A stretch of DNA of 64,000 bases from Vulcanimicrobiota bacterium (GTDB lineage Bacteria > Vulcanimicrobiota > JAJTBE01). Numbering within the stretch: position 1 is the first letter of the stretch; each line of letters starts with the position of its first letter. Below, in pieces: positions 8,335 to 17,224 of this stretch. The notes beneath the pieces were generated by a model. It ran no database searches. It was not told where the DNA came from and saw only the letters and a program-made list of their open reading frames with translations. The translations under genes were made by a program, and so were the position numbers. Location of the stretch: the NCBI GenBank assembly GCA_021107945.1, contig JAIORV010000097.1, positions 2,972 to 66,971 on the forward strand. The letters are read 5' to 3'.

Positions 8335-9665
8335 ATTTCCAATATTGAGTCATGAAGTGGGAAGTGGGAAATGGGAAAAAATAGAAATTTTGAGATTTTT
8401 CGATGTTCTTTTATCCGTTGTTCGTTTTGGGGGGTGCGGTGAAGAGAGAGAGAGCCACCGGGAAGACGCTGAAGCGCCTGTTTTTTATAGGGTTGTGTGT
8501 ATTCCCTTCTTCCCCCGGATAAATCCGGGGGTTAGTCTCATGGGAGATCTAAAAACCTCTCATGCCTGACCTCCATCCTCCAGCTTCCATATTCCGTCAT
8601 CCATTACCCTCTGCGTTCTCTGTGGTGAATGGGAAAAAGGAAAAGGGAAAAAAGGAAAAGACCGGGGTTTTGAGGTTTTTCGATACTCTCTTATCCGTTA
8701 TTATTCATTTTCTTCGTGACCTCCGTGGCTTCGTGGTGAATTCCATTCTCCATTCTCCGGACCCCTCTGTGTACTCTGTGCCCTCTGTGGTAAAAAAACA
8801 CTTGTCCTTCGAACCTCTTTGTGGGGTTTGTGGTGAATAAATAAATCTGTCATACATTTTTCACAATCCGTTTTATCGGGATTGGGAAATCCCTCCTACA
8901 GATCTAATCTTTCATGACATCTCCTCAACCTCCGATGGGGACTGGATTTCAGAGGTCAGGAGATGTCCCGGGACAAGGTCTTCAAGCTCCGTTGCTTTGC
9001 CTCGGACATCCGGTTTAGAGGTTTTTCAAATATATGGAAGGGGGAAATGAGAAGCGAGAAATGAGAAAAGAATTTCTCAACTCTCGTCTCCCGATTCTCT
9101 TTTCTTATTTCCACCACACCATTAACCTTCAGAATCTGGAAGCCTCTGAAGAGGCTAAGACGGCGTGGTTAAGCCATTCTCTCTCCACCACAATAAATTG
9201 TGGTGTTGTTCTAAAAAACAATTGCGGTGTTGTTCTAAAATTAATAGTTGCATTATTGTCAATGCACTCTAAATATCACATCCATTTCCATGTAAATGTA
9301 AATGGATATAAAGATTAGCCTACAGATCCGGGCTCGTATTTTTCTTCGTGTCCTCCGTGGCTTCGTGGTGAATTCTATCCTCCATTCTCCGGACCCCTCT
9401 GTGTACTCTGTGCCCTCTGTGGTAAAAAAACACTTGTCCTTCGAACCTCTTTGTGGGGTTTGTGGTGAATAAATAAATCTGTCATACATTTTTCACAATC
9501 CGTTTTATCGGGATTGGGAAATCCCTCCTACAGATCTGGGCTCTATTTTTCTTCGTGTCTGGAGCCTGCGCTGAACTTGTTTCAGTGTGTCTTCGTGGTG
9601 AATTCTATCCTCCGAATTCCTCTGCGATCTCTGCGTCCTCTGCGTTGAAAAACACATCCGAGCTG
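8335..9665. repeat. 1.3-kb mosaic array of short modular repeat words downstream of the tRNA cluster; includes two near-identical ~195-bp direct repeats (8710-8905 and 9343-9537)
   Basis: Contains catgaagtgggaagtgggaaatggg, ctccgtggcttcgtggtgaa, the CCCCCGGATAAATCCGGGGG palindrome, ccacaataaattgtgg+tgttgttctaaaa (twice), and ttatcgggattgggaaatccctcctacagatct (twice). The ORFs the track predicts here are low-complexity translations of the repeats. Confidence 0.8.
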
Positions 9666-9667
9666 TG

Positions 9668-11749
9668 TTATCCGACATCCGCTCCTGCGAATATGCCCAG
9701 TGTTACTTCCATATTCATCGGGCGGTATGTCATGGGGGTGGTTTCTTCTTCCGGGACTCCCTCTTCACGGAAAATGCGGTTTATCAACTGCTCGCAAGTT
9801 TTTCCTCCGCATGCGCCCATTCCCACATTCAATTCCGCCTTCAACTGATTCATATCACGAACGCCCGCCCGGATAAGCTTCCTTACCTCGGAATCCCAAA
9901 CACGGGAACATTTGCAGACAATCACATCTTCAAACTTAGTTTTATTTGCCTCTTTTTCTACAAGCTTCACATCCTCCGGCGACTGAATCCTTATTCCCGC
10001 AACCCGGCAGGCATGCCCGGCAGGGACATTGAGCTTCACAAGAAGGGTTCTGTCGGCGAATTTGGGATTTGATATTTTCAGAATCTCAGCATCTACAATG
10101 TAATTCCCGTCAACATCCACAACGGGGAATTTATCACCCACCCCAATTGTCTCACTCAGAAGCTCGAACGGAACCGTCACATGGGCGAATCCCTCGTCGG
10201 ATTTCCTGAAATCGACGAGCGTAATGGCAAGCCCGGGGCATATTGCCACACATTTCCCGCAGGCGGAGCATTTCCCATCAAAAGATGGAATCCCCATCAA
10301 TGTGTCATTGTCGATTTTAATCGAGTTATGGGGACATACCTCCGTGCAAGGGTTGCATGGAATTTCCTGGAAGCAATGGATTACCGGGAATACTCCCTCT
10401 TTCCTGTCGGAGTATTTTACAGGATAAGTCCTGCCGGGTCTGCTCTTTAGAATGTCAGATTTTTCATGCCATTCATCAGGAATTTCCACATCATCGCCAA
10501 GATCGGCGGCAATCGTAAGCCCAGCTATTTTTCCGCTGAACATCGCGGCGCTTGCCTCGGCAATCTCGGCGGCGTCACCTGCGGCATAAACGTCCATACC
10601 TATCTTTTTTGCGAATTGATACATCTCCGATATGGGATTCAAGCCCACCGCTATGAGAACCGTGTCAACATCAAACGCCTGTTCGGTTCCGGGAATCGGG
10701 TTGAAGAATGGATCGATTCTGATAATCTTTATGGATTTCACGCCATTGTCATCGCCGGAAGCTTCAATGGCGGTATGTGATAAATATATGGGTACTCCCA
10801 GTCGTTTCAGCTTGTCGGCGTGAACCTTATATCCGCCAACCCGGGGCATTGCCTCGACCAGTCCCGCCACCTTGATCCCGGCTTGTATGGCGTGATAACC
10901 TGCAATAAGCCCGACATTTCCACCGCCGATGATGAAGAGGCGGTGAGACGGGCGAACGAGATCCCGGTTGACCAGTGTCTGAAATGCTCCGGCGCCATAT
11001 ACCCCGGGGAGATCCCATCCGGGGAAGCCCAGGGCTTTTTCTCTTGCGCCGGCGGCGACAAGAAGCTTCGATGGCTTGACAAGAAAATAGTTCTTTCCCT
11101 GTATAACTCCAATTTTCTTATCCACAAAAACACCGAGTGCCGATGTATTTAAAAAGACTTTCACATTTTCATATTTATGAATCTCGGATTTGAGGATATT
11201 TGCAATGTCAATCCCCCTTGTTCCCGCGTAACAATCGGCAATTGAGCCAAAGAATGTATGTGTCTGCAGGACAAGCTTTCCGCCGAGACTTGCCCTGTCA
11301 TCAACGAGTATGACGGATCTGCTGAGTTTCCCCAGCTCAATGGCGGCGGCGATCCCGGCAGGTCCTCCGCCAATCACCATTACATCACATTGTTTTGTCT
11401 CTACATCTCGAAAATGGGCATCGTAATAATCATCGGGAGGAAGATCGGGCAATTCCTCGCAGGAATATATCTTCATCCCGGATTTCACGGGCTCCATGCA
11501 AGCTTTGACGGCGAGTCCGTCGGCGATAACGGTGCATTGACTGCACTGCCCGTTGGCGCAGAACATCCCCTGGGGGCTTCCGTCTTTGATGTGATGTCCG
11601 AATACATTTATACCGTTGGCAAAAAGTGATGATGATATCACCTCGCCCTCAATGCCGATCATTTCTTTATCGTTAAAATTAAATGTGAATTCATCCCTTT
11701 CGTGAATCGGAAGGATAGGATGTTTGTTTAATCTTTCGTTTTTGCTCAT
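9668..11749 (-). CDS. multidomain FAD/NAD(P)-binding oxidoreductase with N- and C-terminal BFD-like [2Fe-2S] domains and a 2x[4Fe-4S] ferredoxin domain (SoxA/OoxA/HcnB-like)
   Basis: CANGQCSQCTV [2Fe-2S] motif. VMVIGGGPAGIAAA and FIIGGGNVGL dinucleotide-binding motifs. CNPCTEVCP...CSACGKCVAICP ferredoxin motifs. C-terminal CKCSRV...GMGACGGKTC BFD-like motif. Confidence 0.7.
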   Translation of the reverse strand: MSKNERLNKHPILPIHERDEFTFNFNDKEMIGIEGEVISSSLFANGINVFGHHIKDGSPQGMFCANGQCSQCTVIADGLAVKACMEPVKSGMKIYSCEELPDLPPDDYYDAHFRDVETKQCDVMVIGGGPAGIAAAIELGKLSRSVILVDDRASLGGKLVLQTHTFFGSIADCYAGTRGIDIANILKSEIHKYENVKVFLNTSALGVFVDKKIGVIQGKNYFLVKPSKLLVAAGAREKALGFPGWDLPGVYGAGAFQTLVNRDLVRPSHRLFIIGGGNVGLIAGYHAIQAGIKVAGLVEAMPRVGGYKVHADKLKRLGVPIYLSHTAIEASGDDNGVKSIKIIRIDPFFNPIPGTEQAFDVDTVLIAVGLNPISEMYQFAKKIGMDVYAAGDAAEIAEASAAMFSGKIAGLTIAADLGDDVEIPDEWHEKSDILKSRPGRTYPVKYSDRKEGVFPVIHCFQEIPCNPCTEVCPHNSIKIDNDTLMGIPSFDGKCSACGKCVAICPGLAITLVDFRKSDEGFAHVTVPFELLSETIGVGDKFPVVDVDGNYIVDAEILKISNPKFADRTLLVKLNVPAGHACRVAGIRIQSPEDVKLVEKEANKTKFEDVIVCKCSRVWDSEVRKLIRAGVRDMNQLKAELNVGMGACGGKTCEQLINRIFREEGVPEEETTPMTYRPMNMEVTLGIFAGADVG

Positions 11750-11912
11750 GAATGCTTCTCCATTTTTTTGCTTCTTTTTCTTGTGTTTTTTTTACCACAG
11801 AGGTCACAGAGGTAATATCTTAAAACCCTCTGAAACGCCTTAAAATCAACATTTGGTAGTCCCCTAGAAAGATGGACTGAACAGTTACAAAATATGTTAT
11901 TAACCGAAATCT

Positions 11913-12404
11913 TCATTGTTTATTCTTTTTTACATAAGCTCTGTTCACCATAATAATGATAAATATCAGAAAAGCGAATAAAGGCAAGAAAAGAATTAAA
12001 ACAGGTATAATAATAACCGGATTCTTAATAGAGTATATTATGACTATCAGAATTTGGCCAAGGACTATAATCTGTGAATCCGTGCCAAGTAAATAACGAT
12101 CAGATATGTATGCCGTCAACTCCAAGTAAATGAAACTAACTAACGGAACACTCAAAATAAAATATATAATTGCATAAATTACTCCCATTAGTCTGAAACG
12201 GTAAATAATAAAAAATATCCCTGTAAGAATAGAGATAATAAGGAGAATTCCGAGGCAATTTGATAATATATAATACTTGGTACTCAGGGAGAATAGTATT
12301 GTAATGACAATATTTGATGTGATTATTATAAGTAAAGCGGGTAGGAATGAACGGAATTTACTTATAGGATCATTATAATCATTCTTCTCACATTCACTTT
12401 TCAT
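11913..12404 (-). CDS. hypothetical integral membrane protein (Ile/Leu-rich, about four TM segments)
   Basis: Long ORF that is hydrophobic throughout. Low-complexity composition, so it could be spurious. Confidence 0.35.
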   Translation of the reverse strand: MKSECEKNDYNDPISKFRSFLPALLIIITSNIVITILFSLSTKYYILSNCLGILLIISILTGIFFIIYRFRLMGVIYAIIYFILSVPLVSFIYLELTAYISDRYLLGTDSQIIVLGQILIVIIYSIKNPVIIIPVLILFLPLFAFLIFIIIMVNRAYVKKNKQ

Positions 12405-12621
12405 ATAGGTACACCTCGATATTGTATTATAGATAGCTGTATAGCTTTTTTCATTTCACATCGCCAGGTATTTGAAAGATGTCCCGTTGGCAGAAGTGAC
12501 ACATATAAAACTCAAAAATTATCAATGTCCTCTGTGAGCTCTGTGTCCTCTGTGGTGAATTCCTGTCCTCTGTGGTGAATCCAAACAATCTTCCACCCGG
12601 TTTTGTCTTTTCCTTTAACCC

Positions 12622-12650
12622 TTGACACCATTATATTTAACGCTTACAAT
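12622..12650 (+). promoter_or_regulatory. sigma70-like promoter TTGACA-17-TACAAT upstream of the M50 protease gene
   Basis: TTGACA at 12622-12627, 17-nt spacer, TACAAT at 12645-12650. A 5-bp stem hairpin ctgac-aaggaatc-gtcag lies just downstream at 12684-12700. Confidence 0.45.
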
Positions 12651-12735
12651 ATTCAAGATAAATCTTTAAAAAACGACTTCTTCTGACAAGGAATCGTCAG
12701 GATAAATACGAATCTTTTATAAAAGGTGAGAAAAA

Positions 12736-13371
12736 ATGGACTTATTATATAAAATACTTTTTGTGATACCGGCGATATTGCTTTCGTTCGTGGTTCATGA
12801 GATGTGCCATGCATATGCAGCTTATCTATTTGGAGATCCGACCCCGAAATTCGATGGAAGATTGAGTCCGGATCCAAGAAAGCACATCGACCCGTTTGGC
12901 GCGGCGCTCATTGTGATACTACTCCTTATAGGCAGCCGGTTTATTTTTGGCTGGGCGAAGCCTGTGTCGGTCAATGCCAACAATTTCAAGAATCCCAGGC
13001 AGGATATGGCCTGGGTTGCGTTTGCGGGTCCTTTGTCCAACTTCGCAATGGCGGCGGCGGTAGGGATGTTGCTGAAATTCGGGGTTGTATCCGCGGGGAC
13101 GTTATTCGGACAATTTATTGTTGTTTTTGTAATGGTAAACCTTGGATTGGGTATATTTAATATGATACCCTTTCCACCCCTTGACGGCTCCAAAATTATT
13201 TATGGAATACTTCCCTCGGACATTGCGTATAAGCTTATGGCAATGGAAATGAAATATGCCCGGTTTGTACCGTTCGTGCTGATTATTTTAATTCTGTCCG
13301 GACTTCTGGATCCGATTATCGGTTACCCGTATGCTTTCTTGTTCAGAGTTTTCACGGGGTTGAATATATGA
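12736..13371 (+). CDS. site-2 protease family zinc metalloprotease (peptidase M50)
   Basis: HEMCH (HExxH) sits inside a transmembrane segment (FVVHEMCHAYAAYLFG). The protein is multi-TM and carries the downstream LDG-type motif (PPLDGSK). Confidence 0.75.
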   Translation: MDLLYKILFVIPAILLSFVVHEMCHAYAAYLFGDPTPKFDGRLSPDPRKHIDPFGAALIVILLLIGSRFIFGWAKPVSVNANNFKNPRQDMAWVAFAGPLSNFAMAAAVGMLLKFGVVSAGTLFGQFIVVFVMVNLGLGIFNMIPFPPLDGSKIIYGILPSDIAYKLMAMEMKYARFVPFVLIILILSGLLDPIIGYPYAFLFRVFTGLNI

Positions 13372-13463
13372 CGAATTATTGGAGATAAGAAGTTTGATGC
13401 AGTAAAGATGATTGAGAGAACCCGGATAAACTGAACAAAGAACCATCAAAAAGGACAAATAAA

Positions 13464-14864
13464 GTGAAACCTGACAGTAATTTTGAATACGAAATAGGGT
13501 TCTCCTCACATACCGGAAACGTGAAGGACTTAAACGAAGACAATTACTGTGCGGAGCGCAGGGAAGATCTCGACGGAGGATGGACGGCCATGCTCGCCGT
13601 TTCCGACGGAGTGGGAGGTTTTTCCCTTGGCGAAATTGCAAGTAAGATTGCAATAAACCATATGGAGAAATTTTTTAAGCTTGGCGAGTTCAGACAGATG
13701 TACGATGAAACGGAAATCATCGAGCCCCACAGGGTAATCCAGGAATTATATACCAGGATAAACCATATCATCCTCTCCATGGCTGAGAAAGAAAACCGGC
13801 AAGTGGGATGCACGCTGGCCTCCGGTCTTTTTTATGGGAACTCCGTTTATATTGCAGGTGTCGGCAACAGCAGAGCATATTTTATCAGGAACGGAGGCAT
13901 TAAAAAGATTACAGAGGATCAGTCGCCTCCCCTTACTAAAGTAAACCTGGATAAGCTTACATCCGATGAAACCCTGGATACCGGACGGAAGAATGGATAT
14001 CTGAATTCTCTGGGATCCGAGATTACACTCAAAGCTGATATTCATCATATAAACGCAGAAGACGGGGATATTTTCCTCTTCTGTACCGACGGGCTGTATT
14101 CACAAGTGGAAGAAATGGAGATCGTCAACACCGTCGCCGAGAACCCGACAATGCAAGCATTTTGTAATGCGCTTATAGACAGGGCAAACTTTGCGGGTGG
14201 AGCGGATAATGTTTCAGTGACGGCTCTGAGGATTTCACGAAAAAAGAAGACCCTCCGGAGTATCCTTGCAGGCAGGAAAAAGGGAGAAAGTTTCCTTACG
14301 CAGCCGGTTTTAATAATTGCAACTCTCATAGGAATATTATTGTTGCTGGTAGTACTGCTTATGGGGAAAAAATACCTTTTCAGTGAAAAGAGAAAAAAAG
14401 AACCTCACGACATTGTAGCTACAATGCCGGTAGGTCAAACAACTTCATACAACAGCATAACGCTGCAATCAAAAATTCCTCTGAATTATATCTATATAAA
14501 TAATGATAAAAAGTCGATTAAAGAGGATATTGTTACTTTTGAATTCGAAAACGATGACAATACGATAAAGATAATGCCCGACTTCAATAAAATTAAGAAA
14601 AAACCGAAGCTCTACACGCTGACCATGAGCGGGCTGAACAGGAACCTCACGGTTATTCAGGCAAGGAAAAACAAAATAACACTTAATTATGATACAGTTA
14701 CGGTTCACCTCACCGCAGGCTCCAAGATTGATTTCATAGCAAAAGAGGAGAGAACGGGCGAGAAATTCATATTGAGGGTCAATAAACTGGGAAGTCCTTT
14801 TATAATCAATATGAAAGCTGAGGAGAATGTTCAGGTGATGATATTGCCGGATAAGAAGAAGTAA
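13464..14864 (+). CDS. PPM/PP2C-family Ser/Thr protein phosphatase with TM segment and C-terminal extracytoplasmic domain
   Basis: GTG start. Motifs AVSDGVGG, FLFCTDGL and GGADNVSV match PP2C metal-binding motifs. A TM helix follows (VLIIATLIGILLLLVVLLMG). Confidence 0.8.
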   Translation: MKPDSNFEYEIGFSSHTGNVKDLNEDNYCAERREDLDGGWTAMLAVSDGVGGFSLGEIASKIAINHMEKFFKLGEFRQMYDETEIIEPHRVIQELYTRINHIILSMAEKENRQVGCTLASGLFYGNSVYIAGVGNSRAYFIRNGGIKKITEDQSPPLTKVNLDKLTSDETLDTGRKNGYLNSLGSEITLKADIHHINAEDGDIFLFCTDGLYSQVEEMEIVNTVAENPTMQAFCNALIDRANFAGGADNVSVTALRISRKKKTLRSILAGRKKGESFLTQPVLIIATLIGILLLLVVLLMGKKYLFSEKRKKEPHDIVATMPVGQTTSYNSITLQSKIPLNYIYINNDKKSIKEDIVTFEFENDDNTIKIMPDFNKIKKKPKLYTLTMSGLNRNLTVIQARKNKITLNYDTVTVHLTAGSKIDFIAKEERTGEKFILRVNKLGSPFIINMKAEENVQVMILPDKKK

Positions 14865-14884
14865 GGTTATTTTGAAGGAGAACC

Positions 14885-14995
14885 CAGGGGACGAGATCCT
14901 TCGCTGATTAATACATCGGAGGTAAGTAAAACCCGTCCTTGCCAGGATTTATCCAGGAATGGTAAAGATCGTATTCCGCTCAGGATGACACAGCA
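14885..14995. repeat. truncated copy (one end) of the MITE-like element family, in reverse orientation
   Basis: gatccttcgctgattaatacatcggagg is the reverse complement of 35391-35418. ccgctcaggatgaca is the reverse complement of the 35321 terminal repeat. The spacing between the two matches the full copy. Confidence 0.5.
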
Positions 14996-15112
14996 TTGAT
15001 CTTTTTATTAGCCGATTCACTCCGTCCCATAAAATGCATATAAAGATTAGACATAATGCCGGGGGCGGCTTCCCTCTGCCGACTGCGCAGGACGCTTTGG
15101 AAACAATCAAAT

Positions 15113-15499
15113 TTATAGATATTTTTGAGTTTGTAAATATAATCTGACATTTTCAATAAAAACCTTGCCCTTTTCAAGTAAATCAACTGCATCTTGACTG
15201 GAGATAACCGGTATATATCCATATTCCCCGATTTGTCGCTTTTCAAAAGCAAGATGTAATTCTCTTCCCATGATACCTGGAAAAATTCCTGTTTTCACGA
15301 AATGTTTCCCAAAATTTGAGATCACGCCTTTATGAGATGAAAATGTTAGATTTTTTGTTAGCAATACCGCCTGAGTTGAGAAGAACATTGCATAATATGT
15401 TCTGGAAACTGATGATTCATAATCTTCAGCATTAATAAGTATTTCAGAACTCTTAATATATTTTTCAGCCTTTTCTATCAGAGACTTGATCTCATTCAT
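15113..15499 (-). CDS. HEPN domain protein (toxin of a HEPN/MNT pair)
   Basis: Small helical protein immediately downstream of a minimal nucleotidyltransferase. The start ATG overlaps the upstream stop (ATGA), which indicates translational coupling. Confidence 0.7.
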   Translation of the reverse strand: MNEIKSLIEKAEKYIKSSEILINAEDYESSVSRTYYAMFFSTQAVLLTKNLTFSSHKGVISNFGKHFVKTGIFPGIMGRELHLAFEKRQIGEYGYIPVISSQDAVDLLEKGKVFIENVRLYLQTQKYL

Positions 15500-15817
15500 A
15501 CAGCTATCCCTTCTCTTTTCACATTTAAAAGAACAGGTCCCTTGCTGCATTGTAATTCTTTCTCTGAAACAGGATAAATTGCTATTAGTGTATCATGTTT
15601 AAGAGCAATTTCATAAATTGTATCTATCATTCTGTCTATCTCTTTCCCCGGCGATACTTTCCCCGACAAAACAATCATCAGGTCAATATCCGAATTATCA
15701 TCGGCATCACCCCGCGCCCAGGAGCCATAGAGAATAATCTGCCTTAACCTCTTTCCATAGAGTACTGAGATTTTTCTCTTTACTTCATCTAAAATAATAT
15801 TAATTTCCATATTTGAC
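15496..15817 (-). CDS. minimal nucleotidyltransferase (MNT) antitoxin
   Basis: ILYGSWARGDADDNSDIDLMIV is the classic GS...DxD Pol-beta nucleotidyltransferase motif. RBS gaggt lies 5 nt before the ATG at 15817. Confidence 0.85.
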
Positions 15818-15886
15818 CTCAAATAAAAATTCAACCGGCAGACATAAAAACCTGCCGGTTGAAAATCAAGAATGTTTATGTTCTTG

Positions 15887-17113
15887 TTATGGCTTCATCA
15901 GTCTTCCTATAAACAGAACGCTCCCGGTTCTCTTGTCTCTGATTACAAATACAAACGGATGATCCGCCCTGAAAAGCTTTGGCTTCTTCGAGGGGCCGGC
16001 AGCGGATTTCGTCATTACCACTGCTGTTGCAGCGGCGGCTTCCGTACCGGCTTCATAGATCGAGACATATGTCTTGTGAATTACGGCGGAGATGAAGAGG
16101 TCCTTTTTGCCGGTCATTCCAGAGAAATCCGCCTTTGATGAGAATGCTTGGGACATTCCCATTTTCTTGAGGGTATCGCCCAAAGAGAAGCTTGAATCGA
16201 GCTTAAATTTTGGCATTATTACTCCCACTTTTTGATGCCTCATACCCTTTATCCATTTATCCATATTGCCTGAATTCAGCTTTTTTTCAAGTTGATAGAT
16301 TCCGTTAACTTTATCGGGAAGCAGGATAACCATTGATATATCCCTTCCCCTGTAAGGCATTTCAAGAATCTGGACTCCGTCTGCGTTGTTATACTTGAAA
16401 TATGAGCTTTGATGCATCATATCGGTTTTGATTGACTTCCCATCCGCAAGCTTGAATGTCTCTTTCTGCGTCATTTCCGGGTCAAACCGGCTGAGCCATT
16501 CATCCTTGAAATATATGGCGTTTGTAAGGACAAGCCTGGTGTCGGAAGTCAGGATTCCTTTGGAGAGAAGATCCTTAATTTTTCCGTTTGTTTCTTTCTC
16601 GACCCATGTATTTATTGTTACACGAGCTTTTTCCGTGGCTCTTTTAAAATCGACAATCTGTAAGCCACCGTCATAATAGGTCTTTATTACATTGAGAAAC
16701 GAGTCGAGGAATTTGTAACCTTTCTGACCCCATAACCTGTTTGCGACATTTAATTGATATCCCCGCCTCTTTCCTCCCTCGTCGAGGGATTTCATGATAT
16801 CGCTAAAGGACTTGTGAAGTCTTTTTTGCGGCAAATCGTAATGGAGTACTTTTGACATTTGTTTTTGAGTATTCCCCTTTGCGCCCGCATAAGTCATTCC
16901 AAGGGCGGTGGAGATGCTATACGGCGACAGGAAAAGGTTCTGCTTGCTTCCGGCACATAATTTCCTGTAAATATCAAATCCAAAATCGTTGTTTCCCTTT
17001 ACCAGTGTCTTCATATCATCGGACATGCCCGGTTTTCGTGCCGGATACGCAGTCCCGGAGATAAGCAATCCGATGATAATCATCAGCGTTATGAATATTG
17101 TCGTTCTCTTCAT
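15887..17113 (-). CDS. serpin (serine protease inhibitor) with signal peptide
   Basis: NAIYFKDEW serpin motif. Hinge and reactive-centre loop read GTEAAAATAVVMTKSAAGP. C-terminal FRADHPFVFVIRD motif. N-terminal signal peptide. RBS AAGGAG before the ATG at 17113. Confidence 0.9.
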   Translation of the reverse strand: MKRTTIFITLMIIIGLLISGTAYPARKPGMSDDMKTLVKGNNDFGFDIYRKLCAGSKQNLFLSPYSISTALGMTYAGAKGNTQKQMSKVLHYDLPQKRLHKSFSDIMKSLDEGGKRRGYQLNVANRLWGQKGYKFLDSFLNVIKTYYDGGLQIVDFKRATEKARVTINTWVEKETNGKIKDLLSKGILTSDTRLVLTNAIYFKDEWLSRFDPEMTQKETFKLADGKSIKTDMMHQSSYFKYNNADGVQILEMPYRGRDISMVILLPDKVNGIYQLEKKLNSGNMDKWIKGMRHQKVGVIMPKFKLDSSFSLGDTLKKMGMSQAFSSKADFSGMTGKKDLFISAVIHKTYVSIYEAGTEAAAATAVVMTKSAAGPSKKPKLFRADHPFVFVIRDKRTGSVLFIGRLMKP

Positions 17114-17224
17114 TACAATCACTCCTTATGGTATTTCTTTATTATGCCAGTGAAAATTTATTGATGAAAAAAGATAGCCTCCATTGTCAATCTATACAGG
17201 AATCTTTTTAAATAATTCCCCAAA

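Noticed and set aside
8345-9318. ORFs 8345..8569, 8562..8840 and 9034..9318 inside the repeat array
   Set aside because: Their sequences are low-complexity translations of repeat words (HEVGSGKWEK, EKGKKEKT, NCGVVLKNNCGVVLK) and they have no RBS. They are better explained as non-coding repeats.
8335-9665. Possible CRISPR array, because of the many short recurring motifs
   Set aside because: The repeat units are heterogeneous words of 7-35 nt, plus two ~195-bp duplicates. Spacing is irregular, there are no uniform 25-40-nt direct repeats separated by unique spacers, and no cas genes are in the window.
15818-15834. Upstream start (15834) for the MNT gene as given by the ORF track
   Set aside because: The ATG at 15817 is preceded by GAGGT at the right spacing and begins the conserved nucleotidyltransferase N-terminus. 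The longer form adds eight non-conserved residues from a non-ATG start.
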